The position numbers and the translations under genes are program-made. 64,000 nt of DNA from Nitrospirota bacterium (GTDB lineage Bacteria > Nitrospirota > UBA9217), in the NCBI GenBank assembly GCA_963796285.1, contig CAWCKW010000012.1, positions 288,001 through 352,000 of the forward strand, read 5' to 3'. The notes under the pieces are model-generated. The model was not told the DNA's origin. It saw only the letters and a list, made by a program, of their open reading frames with translations, and made no database searches. Below, piece by piece: positions 11,414-23,488 of the stretch. Every line of letters begins with the position of its first letter. Within the stretch, counting starts at the first letter, position 1.

Positions 11414-12595
11414 ATGAACGATACTTCAATGCTGATAACCGGTTTAGGCGTCATATCCGCCGCAGGCAATGGTCTTGCCGAAACGCTTCAGTCTTTCGAG
11501 CAGGGGCGAAGGAACGCGGGACCGGTGACGCTTTTCCCCACGATCTTGAAATCGCCAGTTTTTGAAGTGCGAGCGCCTCCCTGGTGAATATTATCTGGAA
11601 GGCTGGCGGACCTTGAGTCTTGCCCTTGTTGCCGTTGATCAGGCTCTCAAGGATGCGCGGCTTGCCGACCTGTCGGGATTCCGGGTAGGGGTATGCATGG
11701 GGACGACGGTAGCCAGTCAGCTGAACGCTTTGCAGTTCTATAAATCATACCGCGAGAATGGTGCGGCGCCGATGACCTCGGTGGACAGATTCTTGAAGGG
11801 CAATCTTGCCGAGTATATTGCGCGCAGGATCAACGCGCGCGGCCCGCAACTGAGCGTGGTGAACGCCTGTTCGTCAGGGACCGATGCGGTGGGAATCGCG
11901 CTGTCGTGGCTCAAGAGCGGTCTGTGCGACATCGCGATCGCCGGCGGGTCTGATGAGCTGAATCATGTGCCCTACTGCGGCTTCAACTCCCTCGGCATTG
12001 CCAATCCGGGACTCTGCGCGCCTTTTGACCGCGACCGCAAGGGACTGAACCTCGGTGAAGGCGCCGGAGTGATGGTCCTCGAGACCCGGGAAGCAGCGGG
12101 CAAACGGGGAACCTCTTCAGATCTTTTTCTCGCCGGCTATGGTTCTTCAAGTGATGCCTATCATCTGACAGCTCCCAGTCCTGAAGGGGTTGGGCTTACG
12201 GGCCGCGTTGCATGCGGCCATGGCGGAGTCAGGCATCGAGCCTCGGTTCGATCGGATTTGTCAATGCCCACGGCACCGGAACTCATGACAACGACCTGGT
12301 CGAGGGCAGGGTCCTGGCGGATATCTTCGGACCCGACCTCACCATGCTGTCCACCAAGGGGTTCACGGGACATACGCTGGGCGCCGCCGGCGGCATCGAG
12401 GCCGTATTCACGGCAGCGGGCCTCCGTGAAGGATGGATACCGGCCAGCGCGGGTTTCGAGAACAAGGACGAAGCCATCCCCATTTCACCGGTGCGGGAAA
12501 AGACCGTTATCACGAAATACTTTGCAATATCCACTTCCCTGGCCTTCGGGGGCACGAATGCCGCGATCGTGATCGGACGGGAGGCGGACGCATGA
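11414..12595 (+). CDS. Beta-ketoacyl-ACP synthase (KS), frameshifted
   Basis: ITGLGVISAAG, VNACSSGTDA, NAHGTGT, GHTLGAAG, SLAFGGTNA. Confidence 0.9.
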
Positions 12596-13662
12596 AGATC
12601 TCCGGGATCGGCGTGATCTGTTCGCATGGCCTTGGCGTCGCCTCGTTCGAGCAGGCCCTGAAAAGCGGCTGGCAGAAACCCGGGGAAACTGCGGCCCATT
12701 GGCTGGGGGGTGAAAAAGCGCCGGCATATCTCGTCAAATTTGATGCTTTGCCGGATAAGACGTTGCTCAAAAAAATCCGGCGTGCCGATGCCGTGAGCAA
12801 GATGGCCGTGCTCGCCGCGTCCGATGCCCTGTCGGACAGCGGTATAGAAGACATTGGCAGCAAAAGACTCGGGATCATCGTGGCCACGGCCTTCGGTCCC
12901 CACGTGACCACATTCGATTTTCTGGACGACATCCTTGATCACGGAGATGCCGCTGTCTCGCCGACCACGTTTTCCAATTCGGTGCATAATGCCGCAGCCT
13001 CCTACATCGCCATGGCGCTGAATATCAAGGGCCCGACGCTGACGATCACCCAGTTCAGGTTCTCGTTCCAGTCAGCGCTGCAGCTGGCGCAGGCCTGGCT
13101 CGACCAGGGGCGGTGCGACTACGTTCTTGCCGGGGCGGTGGACCAGTATGGCGACGTCCTGGGGTACGTATCCGATCATAAACTGACGACAGCGAAGGAC
13201 GGCAGGATACAACCCTTTGCGTTCAACCCCACCTGCCAGGTCCCGGGCGAGGGCGCCGCCTTCTTTCTGTTAAGCAACGGGAGTGAGGGGAATGTGTATT
13301 GCTCCGTCAACGCGGTCCACACCAATGATGACCCGGGACAGGGGATGTCCGTTGATATCAATATTATCGACGCCGACGGGATGTTGCCTGACGAGTCCGC
13401 CTACATCGCATCCCTGTCGAATGACATTCCAACGGCGGCCTATTCGCCGGTCTTCGGGAGTATGATGATCGGCAGCGCATTCAACGCGGCCGCTGGAGCG
13501 CTGATGCTGAAACAGCAAACGCGCTATGCGACTCCGGTGCAGGACAACCCACGGGGCATCCGCATGCTCACTGAGTCGGGGAGCGGCCCTCTTGAAACGA
13601 TCCGCTGTACAGGGTATAACTGTTACGCGGAAAGATCAGTGATTTACCTAACGAAGGTATGA
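12592..13662 (+). CDS. Ketosynthase chain-length factor (non-catalytic KS partner)
   Basis: SPTTFSNSVHNAAA and PGEGAAFF; no catalytic Cys. Confidence 0.82.
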   Translation: MKISGIGVICSHGLGVASFEQALKSGWQKPGETAAHWLGGEKAPAYLVKFDALPDKTLLKKIRRADAVSKMAVLAASDALSDSGIEDIGSKRLGIIVATAFGPHVTTFDFLDDILDHGDAAVSPTTFSNSVHNAAASYIAMALNIKGPTLTITQFRFSFQSALQLAQAWLDQGRCDYVLAGAVDQYGDVLGYVSDHKLTTAKDGRIQPFAFNPTCQVPGEGAAFFLLSNGSEGNVYCSVNAVHTNDDPGQGMSVDINIIDADGMLPDESAYIASLSNDIPTAAYSPVFGSMMIGSAFNAAAGALMLKQQTRYATPVQDNPRGIRMLTESGSGPLETIRCTGYNCYAERSVIYLTKV

Positions 13663-13860
13663 GTTCGGTGTTGCTTTCGTTCACGACGAGCCGAAAAAGC
13701 TTTTTAGCCACAGAGATCACAGAGAATACAGAGTGAAGCGAAAACGAGAAAAGTCTTCATTTCACTGCTCATGTTTCTAGCTTTTCTCTGCGCACTCTGT
13801 GGCAAAATTATCCTGAAATTTTGAGAAGAAAAAACCTTTAGTCACTAACGCGTGAGGCTT

Positions 13861-14109
13861 ATGAATATGACTGTTCAGGAAATAGAAAATACGTTGATCA
13901 ACGGCATCGCCTCCATCTCGAATCAGGACGCTTCGGCCGTAGCGCCGGACAAACCGTTCCATGAACTGGGGATCGACTCGCTCGGGTTCATCGAGATCCT
14001 CGTGTTCATTGAAAAGACCTTCAAGCTTCCGCTGATAGCGTCGGACTTGACCAAAAAGGACTTCGAGACCATACATTCCCTGGCATCATATATCAGCAGC
14101 AGGTTGTAG
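13861..14109 (+). CDS. Acyl carrier protein (second, divergent)
   Basis: LGIDSLGFIE site; small and acidic. Confidence 0.85.
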   Translation: MNMTVQEIENTLINGIASISNQDASAVAPDKPFHELGIDSLGFIEILVFIEKTFKLPLIASDLTKKDFETIHSLASYISSRL

Positions 14110-14122
14110 TCCGGAATTCGCT

Positions 14123-15454
14123 ATGCTGGTATCCAAACATAAACGGTACCTCTCCGGCTCCGACTGGGTGATCAACACCCTTGATCATATGATGAAGGCC
14201 ACGACCTGCGCTGGAAACATGTCGCAGGTGGTTCTTGTGCTGGACGGGCTTCTTGATGAGTCCGAGGTCAGGAGCCGATTAAACGCTTTTGTGAAACAGT
14301 TCCCGGTATTGCAGGGGCAGCGTGAGCCGTGATATCAAGCTTGCCCCTTACTGGAAGATCCCGGCGAAAGCGGTCGGCGAAATAACGCTTACGGCCGGGC
14401 ATGTTGATGACCTGTTGTCCGGCGGGACGATGCCTGACTCATTTTGAAAAAAGCGCGAATGTCCCTTTTCAACACAACAACGATCATGTGGCGTTCCATC
14501 TTTTCAGCGACCGCGGGCGAAGCATGTTCGCCATGGCCTTTGACCACCGTATCTTTGACGCACGGGGCGCGGAGATGTTTTTGAACTTGTTCCAGCAGAG
14601 TGTGAAGAGCGGTGCTTCCACCGTGTCCGGCGATATTGCCTTTGCCTCATCCTCAGCCTTGACCCAGTGGTCGAGGAAGTTTCTGGCCGGCCGGAACGTG
14701 AACCGCAGGATCATCGGCGCTGTCGAAATCATCGCACCGAAGCTTTGCCGGTTCCGCGGGAGGCAAGGGATCTTTCCGCTATCATCTCCTCTCATTCACG
14801 GAGCAGGAGACAGCGGCTATTTACGACCGGGCCTACCACCGAGGCCGGGTACCTCATGGAGTCTCCGTATCTGCTGTCCGTGTATCGTGCAGAGCATGCA
14901 TGAGCTGTTCATGAGCAGGCAGGCGACCGGCTCCAGCTATCTTATCCCCGTGACCATGGACCTGCGGACCGGCCTGGATCCGCTGCAGGAAATATTTTTC
15001 AACTACGTGTCCTACCTTTTTTATCAGATCCCGGTCCCTGAGGCTGATGATCGAAAGGGATTGATTGCCTTGCTCAAGCAGCAGATGTACGATCAGGTGA
15101 AGTCCGGCTTTCCCAGGGACCTCGCGGAAGCGAGTCTGCTGACCCGCATCGCGCCGCTGCCCGTGCTGGGGAAACTGCTTCACCTTCCGATGAAAGGGAA
15201 AATGGCAACCTTTGCATTCTCCCATCTCGGGAAGAGCTCATACCAGCATCCCTCTGTTCATGGATAAGAAGGTAGCGAATATTTTCCATATGCCGCGCGT
15301 TCCGGTTCCGCCGGGTCTGGGCTTCTTCAGCAATTATTACAACAGCAAGCTCAACGTGGTCATCTCCTATCTGGACGGAGTGCTCACCGATGACGATGTT
15401 CTGGAGCTTGACAGGGGGATCAGGGAGCGATTCGGCGTGGTGAGTGTCTCATGA
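14123..15454 (+). CDS. Condensation-domain-like / CAT-fold acyltransferase, frameshifted
   Basis: [10 protein letters not shown] resembles the HxxxD(G) motif; PVTMDLR motif. Confidence 0.6.
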
Positions 15455-16663
15455 GTACTTCCTGCGATGTGCTGGTGGTCGGCGGCGGCGTCGCGGGTGC
15501 GACGGCTGCGGTTGCCGCGGCGCGGGGCGGCGCCCGCACGATACTCGTTGAAAAGGAACTGCTATCTCGGCGGCACCGGCTTCGCCGGCAGGTTCCAGTA
15601 TATCTGCGGTCTTTACCTGAATGCGTGATACGGTTCCGACAGAAACCCTGAACCCCGGGATCACCCGCGAGATCTCCGGAACTGTTGTTCAAGGCCTCGC
15701 CGGGGAAAGGCATACAGAAGATCGGTCAGGTATACGCACAGCCTTACAACTACGATGACCTGCAGTCAGTTCTCGCGTCGCTGTGCCGGGGAGAGAGCAA
15801 TCTGGCCGCGCTGCAGGGGCACTCCGCAATAACGGCCACGATGGACAGCAATGAGATCGCGCTCGTCACGATAGAAGATTCGCACGGCCGGCAGGAGATT
15901 GCACCGAAGATGGTCGTTGATTGCTCGGGCAGCGGTGAAGTTGCCGCCCTTGCTGGCGCTCCATTTGACCTCACTCCGAAGGATGAACGGCAGCTGGCTG
16001 GATTCGTGGTCCACGTGAAAGGGCTCAGGGACGTGGATGAGAACCTGTCCCTCAAGGTCCCCTATCATCTTGCGCAGGCGGTGAAGCAGGGGATATTCGC
16101 GCCTGCGGTAAAATTAACGACCTTCAGTCCCGGCGATGCTGCTGATGAAGGGTATTGCAAGATGAGCGTTTTCAGTACTGACGAAGTGACAGTGACGGAG
16201 AAAAGCCCGAACAGCCGCGGATGCGGCTATCAGGTATCTCGCTTCGGTCTTGCCTGCTTTTGAAGGCGCTTATATTGCGGATACCTCGCTCAAGGTGCTT
16301 GAACGTGAAGGCAGGAGGGTCATTGGAGAGTATATGCTTACGAAGGAAGACGTGCTCTCTGCCAGGAAGTTTCCCGACGGCGTTGTGAAGAACGCCTGGC
16401 CGATCGAGCTCTGGGACAGGACAAAAGGCACGATCTATAAATACGTTCCGCGCGGGGAATATTACGAGATCCCGTTCAGGTGTCTTATGGTCAGCGGGAT
16501 CAAGAACCTGCTGACTGCGGGACGGTGCATATCGGTCACTCATGAGGCGCTTGGTTCCACGCGGGTGATGGGCACGTGCATGGCCCTGGGAGAGCAGGCT
16601 GGCAAAGCTGCCGCGTATCGGGTCAGGAACGGGAAGTATCCGGAGAAGGTCAAGATAATCTAA
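15451..16663 (+). CDS. FAD-dependent oxidoreductase (FAD_oxidored family), frameshifted
   Basis: [53 protein letters not shown]. Confidence 0.85.
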
Positions 16664-16822
16664 ACTTCAAAGTGCTGAACTCACAAACAATTGCCGGAAA
16701 TACGAAGTCCAAAATTCAAACGTATTTGCCAGTCTTGAGGTCGCTTTAGTAATTGCAGATTCGTTTAGAATGATTTGATGATTAGTTATTTAGTGCTTGA
16801 TACAGTATCAAAGGGGGTATCA

Positions 16823-18263
16823 GTGCGAATATTACTCGTAAAACCGAATCCACAACTGCTCGTGGCAAGGCGCCTGCAGGAGGGGTTCCTGCACCTCGAA
16901 CCGCTGGAGCTTGAAATGGTGGCCGGCGGCGTGCCGCCTGAAGACGAGGTCGTTATCCTGGACCTGAGCTTTGAGAAGGACCCCATCCTCGGTTTTCAGA
17001 ACAAACTGCGCGAGATGAATCCCCAGATCGTCGGTTTCACCGGCTACAGCAGCCAGTCGGCTTTGGTAAAGTCCCTGGCAGATCTGGTGAAAAAGCATGA
17101 CCCAAAGATCGTGACCGTGGTCGGCGGGACGCACGCTACGATCATCCCGGCGGACTATGCATTGAACGGCAAAGGCATCGACATCATCGTGCGCGGCGAA
17201 GGGGGCACGGCGTTCGCCGAGATCGTAAGACGCTATAAGAAAGGCGAACCGCTCTTCTTCGGTGATGCCGTCCTCTCGCCGAAAGACCCTGATTTCGCGG
17301 TAAAGGCCGCAGCACTGCCTCCGGAATTCCCGGCGGTCGACCAGATCCCGCGGGCGCGTCGCGACCTCGTAGACCGGTCCCGCTATTTCTGCGTCTGGAC
17401 CTCGAGCACGGAAAAAAAGCTCGACACCATTTTCCCGCGGACCGCGAGCATGCGTACCTCGACGGGATGCGCTTACTCGTGCTCCTTTTGCGTTGTGCAC
17501 CACTTGATGCGCGGCAAGTATCTCCAGCGGCAGCCTGAGGACGTCGTGGACGAGATCGAGAAGATCTCAGAGAACCATATCTATTTCGTGGACGATGAAA
17601 CGTTCCTGAACAAGGACCGGTTGACAAAGATCGCTAATTTATTGCTTGATAAGGGGATCAAAAAGCAGTATATCAGCTGGGCGCGCGCTGATACGATCGT
17701 AAAATATCCCGAGTTGTTCAAACTCTGGAAGCAGGCCGGGCTTAGCGTGGTCTACGTCGGCCTCGAGGCCATGGTAGGATCAAGGCTCGACAAGTATAAG
17801 AAGCGGACGAGCGTGGACACGAACAGAAAAGCGATAGAAATTCTGAAAGAGATCGGCATCACGCTTCACGCGAGCTTCATGGTCGATCCGGACTTTTCGG
17901 TCCAGGACTTCAGGGACCTTGAAAAGGAGATAATGAAGGTTTGTCCGGCCGAGGTCACCTTTACCGTATTTTCACCATCGCCCGGGACCGACCTCTGGCA
18001 TACACATAAGAACGATTATATCGTCGACCCGTATCTGTATTATGACTGCATGCACACGATCCTGCCCACGAAGCTTGACATGAACCTGTTCTATTCGCAT
18101 TTCGCGAAGCTGTCGCGGGTGGCGCTTCAGGCGAACCCGCTGCAGGGTGAACAAGGTCAAAGTTCCCTTTCGTGAGACGGTCAAGATCATCTACCTTGGA
18201 ACACGGTATATTTTCGCCATGCGGAATATCTATAAGGACTATCTGCCGAAGAACAGGGCATGA
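16823..18263 (+). CDS. Cobalamin-binding radical SAM enzyme
   Basis: LEPLELE, VGGTHAT, GEG, TSTGCAYSCSFC; C-terminal frameshift. Confidence 0.88.
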
Positions 18264-19688
18264 ACATATTTGACACCATACAACGCGAGACGGGAAACTT
18301 CTTGCACAAGACCGCGGTGATCGAAGATGATGACCGCATTACCTACGGACAGCTGATCGCTGCTGCTGAACAGGTTGCCGAGGCCTTACGACAGCTCGGC
18401 GTCGGACGGCTTCACCGCGTCGGACTTCTCTGCGACGACAGCATTGACTACATCATCGTGAGTCTTGCTATTTTGTCACTCTCGGCCGTTGTGGTACCGG
18501 TTTCGCCCGAACAGACGGCGGAGGAATCCGAAACAGTCATCGACAGGATCGACATTGATTTCCTGATCGCCGAACCGAGTCTGTGGCAGGGGGGATACGG
18601 CGACCCGCTGCAATCGGGCGGTCTCTTTAAAAAAGAATTTACCATCGTGAAGAGGACGACCAGAGAGCGTCCGAAGGCCGAGTATTTCAGGATCAACCCC
18701 GCGTTCATCAGGTTCAGCTCCGGCACCACGGGCACGAGCAAGGGGGTGGTGCTGTCGCACGAGGCGATCATCGAACGGACCGATGCCGCTGACCGGGGTC
18801 TCCGGATAACGTCAGAGGACACCGTGGTCTGGGTGCTGTCCATGAGCTACCATTTCGTGGTCACGATCCTCCTGTTCCTGCGGCGCGGCGCGACGATCGT
18901 GCTCTGCGGCCACAATTATCCGAAATCGATCATAGAAGGGATCAGGTCGCATCAGGGGACCTTTATCTATGCCTCGCCTTTCTATTACAGCCTCCTGTCG
19001 CGAACCGATGCGCTGCCGGGCGATGCCTTGAAGCAGATCCGCCTTGCGGTCTCAACGACCATGAAGCTGCCTGAACAAGTGGCAGAGGAGTTTTCAGCCA
19101 AGTTTGGTTTTGAGCTGACCGAGGCCTATGGGATCATCGAGGTCGGTTTGCCGTTTATCCGGCTTTCGCGGAGAAAGGACAAGCGGGGTTCCGTGGGAAA
19201 GCCGCTGCCGGATTTCGAGATCAAGCTCGACAAGAAGGATGCCGATGGAGTAGGGGAAATCCGGATCAAGGGCAAGGGGATGCTCGATGCCTATTATTCT
19301 CCCTGGCAGGGCAGGGAGGACATTCTGAACGACGGCTGGTTCAAGACCGGCGATCTGGGGAAAATAGATGAGGACGGTTTCCTGACGATCGTGGGCAGGG
19401 AAAAGGAAGTGATCAATTTTGTGGGCATGAAAATGTTCGCCCAGGAAGTGGAGTCTGTTCTGAACCAGCACCCGCAGGTGAAGGAGTCCCTGGTGTACGG
19501 CGCTGCGCACTCGCAATACGGCCAACTGCCCATGGCGAAGATCGTATTGCGGAACGGGAACGACGTTATGGACGTATATGACTCTGCGGCGCTTCTGCTA
19601 TCAGCGGCTTGCGCAGTACAAGGTGCCGAAGGATTTTGCATTCGTTGACAGCATACCCAAGACCGCAAGTGGAAAGATAAAACGATGA
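18260..19688 (+). CDS. Class I adenylate-forming enzyme (acyl-CoA/ACP ligase)
   Basis: FSSGTTGTSKG, YGIIE, WFKTGDLG, and PKTASGK after a frameshift. Confidence 0.9.
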
Positions 19689-21116
19689 AAATCCTGCTGA
19701 TCAATCCCTTTGGCTCGAACTGGGTCGAAGGCATGGAAGACAATTCCGAGACCGCCATTCGCCTGGCGCCGAACGGCATCCTGTCAATTGCCGCCTATCT
19801 TCTTGGAAAAAGGGCATGAGGTGGAGGTACACGACTGCCGGGGGGCAGTAAGCCGCATCGGCGCCGACGATGTCCTCTCCCGCGTCCGGTCCTTCAAGCC
19901 CGACCTGGTCGGGTTCACGGCAGTGACGTCGGGTTTTCTGAATGCCTATCGCCTGACGGAAGAGATCAAAAATACAGCCCCTCACATCACGATCGTATTC
20001 GGCGGCGTGCATGTCTCCGCCCTGCGCGGGAAGATCCTGGCGTCCTATCCTGCCATCGACTTTCTGGTGACCGGCGAGGGAGAGCAGGCCATGGCAGAGC
20101 TTGCCGCGGGCGCAAAGCCCGGGACGATCCAGGGGCTGGTGTATCGCGAGGGGGACGGAGATCAGGGACAACGGTCTGCGGACCGATCTGTGCGCGCTTG
20201 ATTCGCTTCCGTTCCCCGCGTACCACAAGCTTGAGGGCTTCCCGAAGAAAGTACGAGGCAGCGCTGTTCAATTACCCGAAAGCACCATCAGCAACGATCA
20301 TCTCAAGCCGCGGCTGCCCCTACCAGTGCTCGTACTGCGACCGCTCGGTGTACCGCAGGAGCTTTCGGTACAACTCGGCTGAATATCTCTACGAGCACAT
20401 GGCGTTCCTGAAAAAAGAATTCGGTATCCGGCACGTGTTCTTCTACGACGACCTGTTCACCTTTAACCGCGAGCGGATCGAGAAGTTCTGCGGACTCCTG
20501 CAGGCGAAACCGCTCAAGATGACCTTTAATTGCGCAGTGCGCGTCGGACACATCGATGACGAACTGCTCAAGATGTTGAAGGCGTCGGGCTGCTGGATGG
20601 TAAGCCTCGGCATCGAGTCGGGCGCGCCCGGAGATCCTTGCACGGCACAAGACCCAGGTGGATTTCAATGAGATGAAGACAACGGTGAAGCGGATCCAGA
20701 AGAGCGGGCTGAGGGCCAAAGGCCTCTTCATGATGGGGCTCCCGGGAGAGACCGAGGCGACCATCCGGATGACGACCGATTTCATCACGAACCTGGAACT
20801 CGACGACATGAACATGACCAAGTTCACACCCTTTCCGGGAGCGCCGATCTACCAGACGATTCATGACGAAGGCGTATTTGATGAAAAGTGGGAACTGATG
20901 AACTGCCTGAACTTCGTCTTCGTGCCAAAAGGGATCGAGTCCAAGGAGCGGCTCGACGAGCTCTACAAACAATTCATCAAGCGCTTTTACACCGGGAAGA
21001 ACTGGACCCGCAAATTCGGTCCGCTTATGTTTAAGTCTCCCAACAGCACCTATCGGATCATCAGAAACCTTCCGACCTTTATCAAGATCAAGCGTGATTT
21101 CGAGCCGAAAGAGTAA
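19685..21116 (+). CDS. Cobalamin-binding radical SAM enzyme (BchE/class B-like), frameshifted
   Basis: FGGVHVS, GEGE, SSRGCPYQCSYC, FYDDLF, GLPGET. Confidence 0.88.
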
Positions 21117-21360
21117 TTCGCGCTGTTCTCCGCTGTATTAAATCAGAGTTACCAAGGTCCAGGAACAAAACCACCGGGCAATGCGGGGAAAAAGAGGAGA
21201 GAGAGGGGCAATCCAATTCAAAATATCGTAAAACAGGCTCACGTAGCCGAAACAGTGAACGAGAAAATGCCCGAGATTTCGAACGTCAAGAATAGCGGAA
21301 CAGTGCATGACGAGGACTTTTCTCTCTTTCGCCTGACAAGGTTGCGACGGTTCCATTTTA

Positions 21361-21389
21361 TTGACAAAACAGGTTAATTCTTGTATCTT
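21361..21389 (+). promoter_or_regulatory. Sigma70-type promoter
   Basis: TTGACA-N17-TATCTT upstream of the rhomboid gene. Confidence 0.55.
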
Positions 21390-21498
21390 GTCATCGGTCG
21401 TTTGCAGGTGGGTGAAATTGATCGTGATGACCGCCTTGCCAGTTAGACGAAGCGGTAGAGGGGTGCATGCATCGTGCTGGATTCAGTGGAGTTGAAGT

Positions 21499-22198
21499 TT
21501 GATTCCTATACGTGACATTAACCCGACGAGTCGGTTTGCAATCATTACATTCACACTGATCGTTCTGAATATCGCGGTGTTCGTCTATGAATTGACCCTG
21601 GGGAAGATGGGCGGCGAGGCATTCCTTGCCTCCTTTGCGCTCATCCCGAAGCGCTTGTTTTCCCCGGATGCCGTAATGGGCGGCACGATACCGGTAACAG
21701 CGACCCTGGTCACGTCCATGTTTTTGCACGGCGGCCTGCTCCACATCGCGGGCAATATGCTCTATCTCTGGATATTCGGGAACAATGTGGAGGACGACAC
21801 CGGGAGAGTGCGTTTTTTAGTGTTCTATGTGCTCTGCGGTCTCATTGCCGCTTATGCTCACGCGTTCATGAACCGGTCTTCGCTTACACCCATGATCGGG
21901 GCAAGCGGAGCTATTTCGGGCGTGCTCGGCGCCTATTTGCTCCTGTATCCGCGTGCGCGGGTCGTGACGCTCGTGCTGTTCGGTTTTTATATACGGACCA
22001 TTGAGGTTCCCGCCATGATCGTTCTGGGATTATGGTTCGTGTTGCAGTTTTTGAGCGCACTGCTATCGGGTGGCTCGGGCGAAGGCGTGGCGTGGTACGC
22101 GCATGTCGCCGGGTTCGTTGCGGGGATGCTCCTGATCGGGCTGTTTAAGCGTAGAGACGTGTTGTTCGGCGGTGGAAGGGGATGTTCGCTATCCATGA
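21499..22198 (+). CDS. Rhomboid family intramembrane serine protease
   Basis: FLHGGLLHIAGNML, GASGAISG, AWYAHVAGF. The true stop is probably the TGA at 22196 (one extra G at about 22178). Confidence 0.9.
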
Positions 22199-23284
22199 TC
22201 GTTTCCTGTGAATGCGGCGCAAAGCTCAAGATCGACGATGCCAAGATAACCGGCAAGGGCGTGAAGGTGCGTTGTCCGCGGTGCGGCAACGTGATCCCTG
22301 TCCAGAAACCGTCTCCGGCGTTGTCAGTGTCCTCTAGGGAAAACAGCCGCACTGACAGCAGTTTCCGCCGCATTATCAGATGCTCTGGTACTGGTTGCGC
22401 ATGACAGCGATGTGGTCAGAAAGATGGTCGCTGATCTCCTGATCGACGCTGGATTCAGGGTGGATACAGCGGCTGACGGTGTTGATGCGCTCAAAAGGGC
22501 CATGGAGAACAAACCGCAAGGCATGGTGCTCGATGTGGGGCTGCCGGGCATTTACGGTTTCGAACTGTGCGAACGGTTGAAGGGTAATCCGGCGACGCAG
22601 TCGATCAAAATCGTGCTCCTTTCATCAGTGTACGATATGAGGCGGTACAAACGCACGCCGACCAACCTGTATGGCGCCGACGATTATATCGAGAAGCACC
22701 ACATCCCGGATTTTCTGTTGACCAAGTTGCGAAAACTCATCTTTCCGGGACAGTTCGGAGCTGAAATGCCCACGATCAAAGGGCCTTCTCACCACGATCT
22801 TCCGGAGATGTCCCGGCCGCCTGCAAGGGAGTTCAAGTCGTCCCTGCTCAGTCCCCAAAACCAGGCGCTGGCGGAACGTGGTGTACCTGAGTCGGTCCCG
22901 TCCCAGTCCGCAGTATCGAAGCCCGCATCAATGGACGGTCCGGATTCGGCTGCGGTTTTCCCCGAGTCTCTCAGTCTTGATGCCTCGATCTTTCAGAAAG
23001 AAGAGTGCGACATCCCCCGCGTGGATGAAGCCGATCCCGAGGCCGTGGAAAAGGCGAGGCGGTTTGCTCGGATCATCGTGTCCGATGTCGCCCTCTATAA
23101 TCAGGAGGCGGTGATCGAAGGCCTTCGGAACGGGACCTTTTATGAGGTTCTCAATGCGGATGTAACCGAAGGCAGGGACCTGTACGAAGGTCGGGTTCCC
23201 GCTGCTATCAGGGCAAAAAAGGACTATTATCAGGAAGCCTTTGATAATTTCATCGCTGCGGCACAGAAGAAGATTGTGCGTTGA
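22195..23284 (+). CDS. Zinc-ribbon (MJ0042-type) + receiver domain + Pro-rich linker + RomX-like C-terminal domain
   Basis: CECG..CPRC; REC with VLDVGLPG; C-terminal ARRFARIIVSDVALYN..EGRDLY; frameshift near 22340. Confidence 0.75.
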
Positions 23285-23309
23285 CATACGGATGCAGTTA
23301 GTATATTAT
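23281..23309 (+). promoter_or_regulatory. Sigma70 promoter for tRNA-Pro
   Basis: TTGACA-N17-TATTAT, 13 nt before the tRNA. Confidence 0.7.
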
Positions 23310-23321
23310 TATACGGTTTTG

Positions 23322-23399
<78 letters not shown>

Positions 23400-23488
23400 T
23401 TTTTCTTGATTGTAAATGGCTTCATATCAGCTCAAAGGATCAGCAAAGGGAGCACCTTGAATCCTATTTTTCATGCCACGAGGTGTTC

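Noticed and set aside
21499-22404. Rhomboid-zinc ribbon fusion shown in the ORF track
   Set aside because: Removing one G from the run at about 22178 gives GRDVRYP* with a standard ATGA overlap, i.e. two genes.
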